DNA of 62,156 bases, counting the filler, from Dugesia japonica (Eukaryota): NCBI GenBank assembly GCA_001938525.1. It is 6 parts of 6 records of this genome, joined end to end, with 100 filler letters (N's around TTAATTAATTAA, not from the genome) between each part and the next. Parts side by side here need not be neighbours in the genome. Positions count along the whole stretch, not along the records: positions 1 to 10,879 come from MQRL01540896.1; positions 10,980 to 26,036 come from MQRL01631562.1; 4 more parts are not named here. One strand, 5' to 3'. Of this stretch, positions 1-12,301 are shown piece after piece (the stretch's first letter is position 1; every line of letters starts with the position of its first letter). The position numbers and the translations under genes are program-made. The notes beneath the pieces were generated by a model. That model did no database searches. It had not been told where the DNA came from and saw only the letters and a list, made by a program, of their open reading frames with translations.

Positions 1-349
1 GTTCTATATTTCCAACGAAAAATTTAGAAAATAATAACAAAATTATTAGATATAAAGAAAATAATTTATAACTCGAATGACATTTTTCTATTTATTGAAA
101 AATTATTTTGTTTTAAAATGTTTAACCTGTTAATCGGGTTTCTATATATGCAACTTGCAATGGGTGTGCACATTTACATAAGGATATGTTATTACGTCAC
201 ATTTACTTTTTACACATATTTTAAGGACGTTTTTATACGTTCAACCCGATTAACAGGTTACAGAATATTTATGGAAAACATATTGTTAGGAATTTATTTA
301 ATTAATAAACAATAGTTTATTACTTTTAAAATGCGATCTTAATTTATAG

Positions 350-3300
350 GTTATATCAGTTGATGGAAAACAGGAAAATCTTGCAATGGCAACAGATAAT
401 GCTGTTCGACGTGCTAATCAGTTATGTAATGCTGTTAAAAATAGTGCTTTAGCAATTGGCTCAAATCCATCTTTATTGGGATTGCCACAATCGAGTGAAG
501 AGTGTGTTAGTGCACAAACATTGCTNCTTAATGCTGTTCGAGATGTTGCAGTTGCTCTAGTGGATTTTTTTAATTGTACAAAAATGAACGTAACAGCTGG
601 TGTCGATAAAGAACGAGATAGGTAAATTATAATATTAGAATAAAAATAATATCTACTTTAAATCGGTTTTTTTACAAATCTGAAAATCCAGCACGCACAT
701 AATATTTTAATTTCTTTCACTGTTATTCAATATTACTCAGTTATTAGGTTGAAGCTAAAGTTCGCGGATAAGTTTAGAAATTACCTTTGTTATTTTTTAC
801 ACTTTAACAACATTGTTCAGCATGATTTATTTAATTCACTTATTTTTAGTTTTTCTATATCTATTGAGCATTACGATTTTCGTGTGTCTATTCGTCATTA
901 TTAGAATAAAGGCCAAATGATTTAAGATACCGCTGTTACGATTTTCTCGATTGAAGGTGCTGACACATTTAAAAAACTGTAGGCATATAGTTCAAGCTCT
1001 TAATATAAAAACTCTCCTTCTGGTCGGCCAACAATGTTAGACAACGAGGACCTGTTGGCAGCCTTGGAAAATGAGCCTTATGATCTGAAAAACAACTTGG
1101 TTTCGACCAAATGACGATTTTACGGTATTTGCATCAGCTCGACTAGAGAAGAGGCACACAAACTCAATGAGGTTCAGACCAACAAGTGAATTGAAATCTT
1201 CAGTCAGTTGCTCAACAATCCATTGGATGATCGTTTTTAGATGCACGTTGTTAAGTCCAATGAGAAATTGATCTATCATATTTACAACGATCAACAGAGA
1301 CCATGAATTACATGTGGCCAAGATCTATCATCAATTAAACGTCCAAATCGGTTCGGCAAGAAGGTGATGATTTTCGTCTAGTAGCATTTTGAGGAAATAT
1401 TGCATTTTGAACTTGTGCCAAATGGGAAAGCCATCAATGCTTATCTTTTCAGATCCAAGTAACCAGCGTAGTATTTCAACCAGATCCGAATGCTCGCAGA
1501 TCGGTAGCAGAAAATTGTGGTATATACCTCTAAGAATGGTTGTGATTGCTTTTGAAACTTGATTTGTTAAATTTTGTTCACGAAAATTTGCTCCAACCTA
1601 GTTTTTTTTTCTACAGTCTAGCAAAATTTTTATTAATTTGCTGTACAAGTCAGTTGTTTAACTTTATTTATTTCATACACAAATCGTGCTGGTATTTTTT
1701 CACTTAATTTTCTGATAAAAATTAGTAGCCATAGGTATTATGTAATAATAATAATAATAAAACAGTTGCCAAGAAATTCAATTTTTATTCTGATTTCATC
1801 AAGACGTTGAAACACCATTGTCCATCTCATTCATCGGTATTAAAAAAATATAATGTAAATTAATATTACTTAAACGAAAAATTGGTTAAATGAAATGGAA
1901 AAATTCAACGGTAAAAAGGAATCTATCTGAAATAATTAATTTTTTTTTATTATTTACACAGAATAAGCAATGTAGTACACAAAGTAAATTAATGATGAAA
2001 TCAAACAAAATTGGGTTATTATCAGTCACGTATTTCAGTGATTATTTTATCATTCAAAATGAAATAAAATTCGTTGAATTATGATTAAATTTAGAGCAAA
2101 TTTGAGAAGCAGTCTTGAAAACATGGTGAAAAGTGTTGATGGTTTAATAAAAAGCGTTAAAAGTTTGGAGGACTCTGGATTTAGGGGCACTAGAGCACTC
2201 GAAGCCTCTCTTGAAGCTATGCGTAAAGAATATAGATTATTAGAAGCATGGATTCCGGACGAAGAAGCGGTATCGAATTGTACCACTCATGGTAAAAGTT
2301 AATTTAACGTAGTATTATTATATTAAATTTAATTCAGCTGGTGAATATTCTCAAATCAATGTTACTACAGATGTTGTTGTTCCTCTGCCAGATAAAGTTT
2401 ATTCGATGGAAAATTTGGTTTTAATGACAAAACCTCTAGTTACAGCCTCCCAAAAAGCTATGACTGCCGTCCAAACTTTCAAACAGGAAGATGTACAAAT
2501 TATTTTCATTTTATTTCCAATCAGAATTTGACATTTTTACTAGTTAATTTGATATCAGAAAAATCGCCAAATATAATTTTCTTTTGATATCAGAATTAAT
2601 AATTTGAGACATATTTCTATTCACACTAATCATAGATAAATATTTAATAAATTATTTCCTTATAGAAATATTTCTCCCAATTAAAATTATTTTAATCAAT
2701 TTCTATTGGTTAAATTTTTTTAATATTTAATTATAGATATATATTCTTTTATATGCTGATCTTCAGATTTATAGTTCACTTTGTCGTGCTCCTTATTAGA
2801 AAATTAATCATTCGATTTTATATTGCGTCAAATTTTCTTTTACATCAGATTTGGTTNNNNNNNNNNNNNNNNNNNNNNNATTCAAATTGAAATTCTTCAT
2901 TTTGTCTGAATCAAAAAAAATGTTAACTAATGCATGTTACGAAAAAATCAAAATTAATTTTATAAATTTCATTTAATCATATTGTTGATTTTAAAATTTG
3001 ATTTTTTTCCCATAGATTCTCATCGCAGCAAATGCTGGTCGTAGAGCAGTTTCTGATTTGGTGCATCAGATTAGAGTAACAATAGACATGAAATTGAAAG
3101 AAGAAAACTCGAAACCCTCGAGAATTTTCAGTGAAAAAGTTCCAATAACATCTGATCCAGATCGGCGATCAAGTGAATCTGTGAAAAGTAACTCATTGAA
3201 AATTGTAGAACATGGAAAAGGAGCAGTGAAAGCTCTCATAGACATGTATGAAAATCTAAACAAAAGTGTGTCTGAAGGTAAAAAAGGTGAATCACATAAG

Positions 3301-4605
3301 ATGCAGATGACTTTGGCTTCAAGGCGTATTGCTCACTCTATACATGAAATAACTGAGTCAGCCACTCAGATAAAAGGTAAATGAATTAAAAATTTTCATG
3401 TCCAAATTAATGCAATCATACAGATACTAGTTTAATTGGTCAGGAGGATTCTAATAATGCAGCTGATATAGCAGAAAATGAGTTGTTAGAAGCAGCTTCA
3501 CAAATCGAAATGGCAGCTAAAAAACTAGCCTTATTAAAACCGCGAAAATCTATAAAGGTAGGAATGTATATTTATAAATACTGCACCACCCACTTACATA
3601 GTGATTAATGTAGTTCTTATTCATTGTAGCTTTGTATGAGTGAGAATCTTGTATTTCATTTGTCTGTTTGTCTGACGTCAAATTAATATGACGACTTAAC
3701 ACAACTGCTGTCATTTGCTTACAAAATACCTTCATTAAATTGATTAAGTACTAGGATTAATATTCAATAATAATTATGTCTGAAATTTTAAAAACTTGTA
3801 GTACGTGAATTATTTAAGTATAAATTTAGTGTAAAATAAATAAAATATTTTATTCTGTGTCTAGAAAGAAACTGGTGAGGAGTATACTTTCGATGGTCAG
3901 ATAATTGTTGCTTGTGGCTCAATCGTTAGTGCAACATCACATTTGGTCAAAATGGCATCTCTTTCTCAACAAGAGTTGGTTGCATTAGGCCGAATGAAGC
4001 CTAGTGAAAATGTTTCCAGTCAACATGAAACACAGTGGACTCATGGTTTAGTTTCAGCAGTAAATATTTATTTCATAACTGAAATAATTTCATTTTAATA
4101 TTAATGAATTTATCGTAGGCAAGATTAGTAGCTGCAGCAACAGAAAATCTGAGCGACAGCGCCAAAGCTGTTGTACAGGGCAAAAGTGGAACAGATCGAT
4201 TAATATCGGCGTCAAAACAAGTTGCTGCTGGGACAGCACATTTATTATTAGCTTGTCAAGTCAAATCTGATCCTGATTCAATAACTAACCAAAGATTACA
4301 GACAGCAGGAGCTGCAGTCAAAAAAGCTACAGAAGCATTAGTTAAAGAGGCCACTGAACACAGAGATGTGCAAGATGGTTCGATTCCTTATACTTACGAT
4401 GGATCTAACAAGAGTATGGTCAGCTCTATGAGAAATGTGAATTTTACTTTCATTTGATATTTATTTTAAATTAATTCTTTAGGTTATTCAAGCTCAAGCA
4501 GACATTGTTGCCAAAGAAAGAGAACTGGAAATGTTACGCAATAAATACCAATCAATTCGGCAAGGTCATATTAGTACACATCCAGAATTTTTTAACAAGG
4601 ATTAA
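350..4605 (+). CDS. TLN: Talin, C-terminal rod and I/LWEQ (THATCH) actin-binding region; 5'-partial, 8 exons
   Basis: Phase-consistent GT-AG exons: 350-621, 2095-2291, 2338-2492, 3016-3376, 3424-3557, 3865-4059, 4119-4436, 4483-4605 (TAA). Peptides LNAVRDVAVAL, RGTRALEASLE, IAENELLEAASQIEMAAKKLALLKPR, QWTHGLVSAARLVAAATENL and LISASKQVAAGTAHLLLACQVKSD match the talin C-terminus as I recall it. Confidence 0.95.
744..1601 (+). mobile_element. Degenerate, internally deleted mariner transposon in talin intron
   Basis: Imperfect TIRs TAGGTTGAAGCTAAAGTTCG (~745) and CGAAAATTTGCTCCAACCTA (~1581-1600). Transposase remnants include KRPNRFGKKVMIFV**HFEEILHFELVPNGKAINA and IRMLADR*QKIV. Confidence 0.85.
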
Positions 4606-5129
4606 TGTTAAAATAATTTTTTTGTAAATACCACTATTTCAGACTAAATTTATTTTTAATTTCATTTAATAAATTTTAATTTTGCAAAATCTGATATTTT
4701 GAAATGTCTTCAATTAAATTTAGATGATTTTGCTTTTGAAACGGAACTTCTTTGATCATAGTGTTAAAATTAAATTATTAAGAACTATTTTTGATATGAT
4801 GATAGAGAAAAGTTTAATAGTGGTTCATTGATTTACGGGGTTTTAAAATTAGATTATAATGGTTTGATACTTAATTCTATTTTATCAGTTCTCTATTGGA
4901 CTGATCGGATTATCATTCGTTTTCAAGATTCAACTGGGCTACATTCTGATTTTCTTCTTGATTTCTTTGATAAGATTGCGTAATGTAATTTTCTCAAATG
5001 TGAATGAAAACATTGAAGTTTGTTTGATCTAATACGAAATAGCCGATTAATAATTTCGAGTTTTATATTTGAAATAAAATTAATTATTTGTTTATATTTG
5101 TTCAGGTTCTATTTAGACAGCTCCATTTT

Positions 5130-5290
5130 GATTTNTCTGAATGTAATATGACCTTATATAACTCCGCAAAGAATTTGAACTAGCGTTATAGATTTTCGGA
5201 ATAGAGCCTGTGACTCACAACACGTAATTCGGGTGCATGCTCGTATTCATCTGGTTCAGGTCTTTGTTCCTTGATACTCGCTTTGGTTCG
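5130..5290. repeat. Diverged fragment of the dispersed long TG..CA repeat family
   Basis: Shares AGATTTTCGGAAT.GAGCC..TGACTC and ATACTCGC blocks with 8080-8190, 24980-25140 and 56500-56690. Confidence 0.6.
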
Positions 5291-7292
5291 TTGTATCTGG
5301 TTACTTGTTGACAACCCTATCATCTTTGTTATCTCATTAATCGTTGAAGGATTCTTCCCGCACTTCGTTTCTTCAGTTTATATTCCTCTTTGATTATGAA
5401 TAATTTTAAAAATACCCTTTTGAAGTATACATGTTTATTAGGTTAATCAGTATCTTTTCGATTACTTTTCCTGATCGTTTAGCAATGTTTTGTCTTCATT
5501 GTTAGGCCTAATGTCCTTGATGTTCTATNAGGGCCCTGTTCCCGATCATAATCACCCGACACGTTACATTTTCCTCCAAGGTGACCTCATAATTTTNTTT
5601 ACAATTTGTAAAATTCAATGTTGGGGTTGGGGCAACCATTACCGAATCAATAATTTATAGATATTAAGTATTAGAAATTATGATTAATTTTGAGAGCGAG
5701 TATTAGAGTAATTGTGATTATTAAAAAACTTGCTTATATTTATAAGATAGTTTTTTGAAAACAGACTTAAATTTTTTGTATTTTAAAACGGAGTTTTTTA
5801 AAATCAAATTTGTATGTAAATTGGTATCAGAAAAATAATTTATAAAATAAATTATAAAATTTAAAGATATTTTAAATAGAATAAAATATAAAATTAAATG
5901 AATGTAAAATGTTTTTAGTGTATTTTAAATTGGATAATAATGAAAGTTTAAAATCAAAATATATTATAAATAGAATAAAATATAAAATTAAATTAATGTA
6001 AAATGTTTTTAGTATTGAAATTTAAAATTAAAATATTTAGCATTTTCCGTTTTTAAATAGGAATTTTTAAGTTTGTTTGTAAAAAGCAATTTGATGTTCA
6101 TAGTTTTTATTTGAAATAAATTTTAATATNGAGTCGAATTTTAATGTTGATGATCCGATAAGTACTCAAAACTCACATAACAATTACATTACGACTTAGT
6201 ACTACTAATTCATGAATAATTTATTTAGCTTAAACCAGTATTACTAACATAATCAGTTTAGAACTAAGTATTTTGTGAGCGGGTAGCAGCCCCGTGATCA
6301 AGGAGAATATATGTAGAAAAAAACATTGGCTGAAATATTTTCGAAATGAATTTTATTTGTGCACCTCATTTTTGTCTTATTCTTTTTTCGCTTATTTTCT
6401 CGACATTAGTGTCTTCCAACTGCTTTCTTTCTTCGTGTTGTCCAACTGATCTCATGTCCTTTGATATTCCCAACAATCACCCGCCTTATTTGGCATATCA
6501 ATTTCTTCANNNNNNNNNNNNNNNNNNNNNNNNNNNNNNNNNNNNNNNNNNNNNNNNNNNNNNNNNNNNNNNNNNNNNNNNNNNNNNNNNNNNNNNNNNA
6601 TTGTTGTGATATTGTTCCTTTTATGAAAATGTTTTTTTAAAATTTTATTTGTGTGCCAGAATTATATGTATATACATACATCCATGTATGCGTGTATATA
6701 CTTATACAGATACTTATTTTCTATAATAAAAATTTATTATAGAAAATTAGGTCAATAAAAATTATTGACAAAAAATTAAAAATATAAATTTGAAAATAAA
6801 ACTTGGCAGCGGCCAAAAATGACAAAAATACAAATTAAAAATATGAAATTATAATTTTGAAAGAAAAAGGAATTTTCTTGGCTCTCGCTAGATACCTTAA
6901 GAAAGCAGAACAAAATCCCAAACCCAAAAACAAAAGTGAATACAAAAGAAAACAGAAAAAAAAACAAATTCAGTTGCTCCTCTGTTTATAAAATAAATTG
7001 GAATTAAAATTTAAATTAAACTCTAACTTAAATATTGAAATTGAATAAAACTTGGAAACCGCCAATAAAATATTGAAAGACAGAACCTTGGGTTATTAGA
7101 ATTATTGGCAATAGAAATAAATTTTCCCCAAAGCAAAGATAACAAAGAAAATCCTTTAAAAGCAAAAGGAATTCTTCTAGCAGAAACAAATCCAAGCCAA
7201 AATTAAAACAGTAAATCCTTTTTTTATTAAGTTTGGTTACTAATAAAGTCTTTGTAAAATTATCATTAATTATTTTTGATTATTATCTTTCA

Positions 7293-7497
7293 TGTTTTAA
7301 TTAGTGTGTTGAAAATGAATTATTTATAAAACATACACCCCGGTTGTCCCAACATTGAGACAGAAGACACTTCAAGGCTCAACAGATTTCTTAAACAAAT
7401 AAAATTAATTAAAACAATATAAGATAAGAATAAAATAAATTATTAAAATACAAAATTTAAATTAAGTTTAAGCCATCCGAGATATAACTATATATAC
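7293..7497 (+). repeat. Solo-LTR-like copy related to the Gypsy LTR at 29826-30022
   Basis: Shares TGTCCCAACATTGAGACA...TCAACAGA.TTCT and TATAACTATATA with 29861-30012. Confidence 0.55.
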
Positions 7498-7516
7498 TAT
7501 AATACGTATCTTCGAG

Positions 7517-7968
7517 GTTACATTCCAATGACTTCGTTTTAGACTACTTTGCGAGTGAATTCTCGATCGTCTTTTAGCAACTAGCCTTGCTCATGTAATT
7601 TTAAAATTTTCATTTTACTATTGTTGCCTTTGCGAGCACGTGAAAAGCGAAATAAAGTTGGCCGTGACCGGATATTAGAAGCTGCAAGTCAATTCCTACC
7701 ATGTTATAGATTTGACTTTGGAATTTGTTTATAGTAATGCAGAACACAAGAGTCACCGAGAATTGACGTTGTCGCAAGCGTGCAAAAATAATTCGTCCAG
7801 TGATTATATTTCGAGAAAGATATTCAACAACCAATGGTGTGCCATTGCATAAACCCTTCTTCGGATTCAAATTTCTCAACAACATGACAATAGTCCACTC
7901 TTAAGCAATAATGTATGTGGTAGCATACCGGATTGAATTAAAAATTTGGTATTGAAATTTATAGCATC
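7517..7968 (-). mobile_element. Helitron RepHel PIF1-helicase C-terminal pseudogene fragment
   Basis: SGMLPHTLLLK..VMLLRNLNPKKGLCNGT, RQRQFSVTLVFCITINKFQSQ, VGIDL..SGHGQLY, ending TRKVV*NEVI. Frameshifted and truncated at 7968 by the adjacent repeat. Confidence 0.85.
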
Positions 7969-9839
7969 TGTTGGGATTTTACCCTAGGTCGGTTAATTTT
8001 TTATAACACTAAATCTAGGGGGTCGAATTTTATGTAAACTTTAATCTAGNNNNNNNNNNNNNNNNNNNNCCCGCGATGAATTTGAATCTGATGTCCCCAA
8101 AAAATCCAGATTTTCGGAATGGAGCCGTTGACTCGGAATCCGAGTACAGACTCGTACTCCTTTTGTTTGGGTCCAAACTTCATGATACTCGCTTGAATTA
8201 CAAATTATACTTATTAGTTATCTGTCATTAGCTTATTAGATTTCAGCTTATAACTTGATCATCAGGTTTCTCGTTATCAATTAGTGAGGTTCTAACTAAT
8301 TAAAATCTTTTCGTATTAGTGATTAAATATTTTTAACGGACTTTAATTACTACTTTTAGGTTAAAAATCAATACCCTATAGTTTTACTGTTATAAAGAAT
8401 AGCAGAATTAAACGAGTGAAAAAATTATATTCTAAATTTTATGGTTACTAGCACATAAGTTTAACAATTATAACAAACAACTAACGTGACTGAATCCCGA
8501 TCTGGAGCAAACACAACATTGGAGTAGACTGATTCTTTTATCAAACTTAACGATTCGAAGAGTCCACCCTCACTGTTTCTTCTCAAGTCGGAAATCGTTA
8601 CTTTTGATGAATAACAAAAATTACCGTTTTTAATCAATTCTTCGCTTCAAAAATAAATTAAATTTTATTTGTTACACTGGGTAAATTAGCTTGAAAATTT
8701 GATGAAAATGAATCGGTATATATACCGATTTATCTTCACACCCCAATTCCGTTTATTGGTTATTTGGAGTCTTACGATTTTTCTGACGTTTCTATGGGCT
8801 TGAACGTCTCGTGAGTTCTTTTTATTGGTGGTTATTTTAGGATTTTCAAATTATTGGTCAATCTTCAAACACTTATAACTTTTTTCCTTTTCTTGCCATG
8901 ATTTTCTAACTCTGATTTTTGAATTCATCGATTTTTCCTCTATCAGAAACCTTTAAATTGATAATTTTCACACCACTGGAAGTCGTCGTTTTTGCCATTT
9001 TTCACGAAATAATTATTTTTCTTTTAAAAATAATTTATTTTAAANNNNNNNNNNNNNNNNNNNNNNNNNNNNNNNNNNNNNNNNNNNNNNNNNNNNNNNN
9101 NNNNNNNNNNNNNNNNNNNNNNNNNNNNNNNNNNNNNNNNNNNNNNNNNNNNNNNNNNNNNNNNNNNNNNNNNNNNNNNNNNNNNNNNNNNNNNNNNNNN
9201 NNNNNNNNNNNNNNNNNNNNNNNNNNNNNNNNNNTCCATGTGATTTTCTTGATTTTGACTAATGCAATAATGGTTAATCATTAGTTTTTGTCGTCCTGCC
9301 ACATCTTTATTACTCCTTTTCTTCTTTGGTTTACTTATTTCAGAGTTGTTTCTTGCTGTGATTTCGGTTATTTCGTTGATTTTGATTACCAATCTTGACT
9401 TTTCTTTTCATTATTTCCTTCTTTTTAATTAATGAATCAGTTCCTTGGCTATCGTTTATTATTNNNNNNNNNNNNNNNNNNNNNNNNNNNNNNNNNNNNN
9501 NNNNNNNNNNNNNNNNNNNNNNNNNNNNNNNNNNNNNNNNNNNNNNNNNNNNNNNNNNNNNNNNNNNNNNNNNNNNNNNNNNNNNNNNNNNNNNNNNNNN
9601 NNNNNNNNNNNNNNNNNNNNNNNNNNNNNNNNNNNNNNNNNNNNNNNNNNNNNNNNNNNNNNNNNNNNNNNNNNNNNNNNNNNNNNNNNNNNNNNNNNNN
9701 NNNNNNNNNNNNNNNNNNNNNNNNNNNNNNNNNNNNNNNNNNNNNNNNNNNNNNNNNNNNNTTGTCTAATCGATTCTTTGTCCTGTTTCGTTATGGTTGC
9801 TCTATGTGCTCACTTGCTCCGATCGGTTTCCATGCCACA
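7969..9839 (-). repeat. Long (~1.9 kb including gaps) LTR-like TG..CA repeat with CCAAT cluster and TATA on the minus strand
   Basis: Colinear homology with 56480-57470. Multiple ATTGG boxes at 8755-8857 and TATATATA at 8717-8724. Termini TGTTGGGAT.. and ..TTTCCATGCCACA. Ends are approximate. Confidence 0.55.
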
Positions 9840-10061
9840 AAACCTAAAATACATTTATAATAATATTTAGATTCACATTCATTTTGACTACAGTGGTTTT
9901 AACAGTGTCTAGGTAAATTGATAGCGAGCATAAGATCAATATGAAGTAACTAAGAATTAATCAGTACATAATACATGGACCTTTAAATTCAACATACCAC
10001 ATTTATTACATAATTTACATTATACACCGATATTTATAGTTAATTATCATAAGTTCGTTTA

Positions 10062-10879
10062 TTAGACAAAGGTTCCTGTCAATCTACGAAGTGATGAGTA
10101 GCGACGTTTGTTGCTTCCTTCTGAATAGATTATCGAGCCGTCTGATGGTTCATTGAATGATTGATTCTGCCAGATAGGGCTTATTATTGCAATGGGCTTT
10201 GCTGGAGCTGCTTTGTTCCAGATTTCGTTATTATTTAGTTTTAGAGTTTGGATTTGATCGATTTTGCTTATATTTAGAGTTTCATCTGCTCTAGTTTTCC
10301 AGTTCTGTTGATGATCTGTTAGCTGCTTGTAGAACGTTTCTCTTTCCTCAATTATTTTCAATAATTTTTCATTGGTTGCTCTCTGTTCCTCTATGGTCTT
10401 CTCAGGTAATAGTTTAAAGTTTTGACATTGTATTTGGCTTGAACGTAAGACCTCTTTTAATTGGGATATATGGTTTCGGCTGAATGATATTTTTCTTTGT
10501 AAGTGGGCCAATTCTGTATCCCTTAATATTATTGCATCTCTTTTTCTTCCATTGCTTAATCTGCTAAGAACTTAAAATTTTGGCATTGTACTTGACTTAA
10601 TCGTAAAGCTTCTTCTAATCTGGGTATCCGGTCATCATATACATTAAGTCTTTTCTGCCAGTCTTCTGGTACTGACCGATACTTATCTTGTTCCACATGT
10701 GTCATTAATTGGTTTTCATTNAAAATATCAGGCGTTTCTACTGTTTCCTCTTCCTTAGTTACGTGTAACATACACAACTTGTTTGATCTTTCTATAATTA
10801 TAGCTAAGTCTTCACTACTTGCTTTAAATCGGCACCTTCTCATGGTATGTCCGCTTCTACCACAGTTGAAACATCTAGG
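10062..10879 (-). pseudogene. CCHC zinc-knuckle plus coiled-coil ORF (gag-like), frameshifted, 5'-truncated by scaffold end
   Basis: PRCFNCGRSGHTMRRC fits C-X2-C-X4-H-X4-C. Internal duplication (LEEALRLSQVQCQNFKFL / LKEVLRSSQIQCQNFKLL). Stop and frameshift near 10556; AATAAA overlaps the final stop. Confidence 0.6.
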
Positions 10880-10979
10880 NNNNNNNNNNNNNNNNNNNNN
10901 NNNNNNNNNNNNNNNNNNNNNNNTTAATTAATTAANNNNNNNNNNNNNNNNNNNNNNNNNNNNNNNNNNNNNNNNNNNN
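10880..10979. other. Artificial scaffold-joining spacer
   Basis: 44 N + TTAATTAATTAA (stops in all six frames, 10924-10935) + 44 N. Confidence 0.95.
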
Positions 10980-11289
10980 ATAATATTAATAATGTGTTAA
11001 CGAAAGTAGATAGATAGTAGCGGTCAACACCACCTGTTTGTGAAGACCCCCGCCCGTGACCTAATAAAATGTAATCCTAATGGATTTAGTTGTAAATTTA
11101 GAAATTGCATCATTAGGTAATATTACTTAATTTGGTGTTACTTTTTCCCTGTGTATTTAGTTGGGAAATTTTTTACACAAATTATGTCAAGATTNATTTC
11201 ATCGGTGAAATTTTACGTAATAGGATTAACTGGTGTTTAATTTTTCCTGTGTATTTAGTTGGGATTTTATTCAGTGAGATGGAATGAGG

Positions 11290-12150
11290 TCAAGTTTTGA
11301 TTGGTTCAGGTGAATTTGGCCGAATAATTTGCTCGGGTTTGAACAGTTTGGGCAAACTTGGTCGATTTTAGGTAATTTTTTGGTGATTTAGGCGAAAATT
11401 TCCTCGGGAATTGTTATTTTGGTCAATTTTTGGCTGGTTCGAATGATTTCGGTACATTATTTCTTCTGGATTGTTAATTTTTGGGTGATTTAGATAAAAT
11501 TGGTTTAAAATTTCCTAAGGTTTGGTCAACTTGGTAAATTTTTTGGGTGATTTGGTTAAAATTTTCCTCTGGAATAGATAGTTTGGGTAATTTTTGTATG
11601 ATTTTGTCAATTATATTTTCGGGATTAGTCAATTTGAGTAATTTTTTGACGATTGGGTCAATTTTTGGTTCAGGTGAACTTGGCTCATTTTTTGACGAAT
11701 CAGTCAATTATTTCCTTGGGATTGGTCAGTTTAGGTAATTTTTGGGCGTTTTAGTCAATTATATTTTCGTAAATAGTCAAATTGGAGCAATTTTGGGTGA
11801 TTTGGTTCAATATTTCCACCAGATTAGTCATTTTGGGTAAGTTTTTAACAATTTGGTCAATTATTTACTCAGTTTAGGTAATATTGTTTAAATTTTTCAT
11901 CGGTGAGGTCGAATCTGGGCAAACTTGATCAGTTTTGGGTTAACTTGGTCTAATTTTTCCTCGTGATTGGTCAGTTTGGGTAGCATGTGGGTGATTCAGT
12001 CAAATTTTTCATCGATCTGGTTTAATTTGGTTCATTTTTGGGTGATTTGGTCAATTATTTATTTGGTAGGGACAAACTTGGTTAATTATTTGCTCACAAG
12101 GGTAAGTTTTAGGAGAATTTGAATGATAATTTTCTCGGGCTAGCTAGTTT
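11290..12150. repeat. Degenerate short-period subterminal repeat array (TTGGTCAATT / TTTTGGGTGATT motifs)
   Basis: Dozens of diverged copies with roughly 10/20-bp periodicity immediately inside the left TIR. Confidence 0.7.
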
Positions 12151-12301
12151 GGGTTGTATTTTAAGGAAATTCATGATTAAAGTAGAATTTGTTTAAATTT
12201 TAAAAAATTTTTATGGGAATGTTTTACAAGAATCCGGGCAAACCGTTCATGTTGTTTAAATAATATGAAAATTTTAAATTTTTTAAATGAAATCTTTATA
12301 G

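Noticed and set aside
8919-9870. Long ORFs in the ORF track
   Set aside because: Artefacts of reading through N gaps; the same applies to 48570-48891, 57356-57667 and 61582-61839.
10924-10935. Recurrent palindrome TTAATTAATTAA as a biological motif or CRISPR-like repeat
   Set aside because: Always embedded between 44-N runs, so it is an assembly linker.
11474-11738. ORFs on both strands with repetitive peptides
   Set aside because: Products of the degenerate subterminal repeat array; no splice or poly(A) context.
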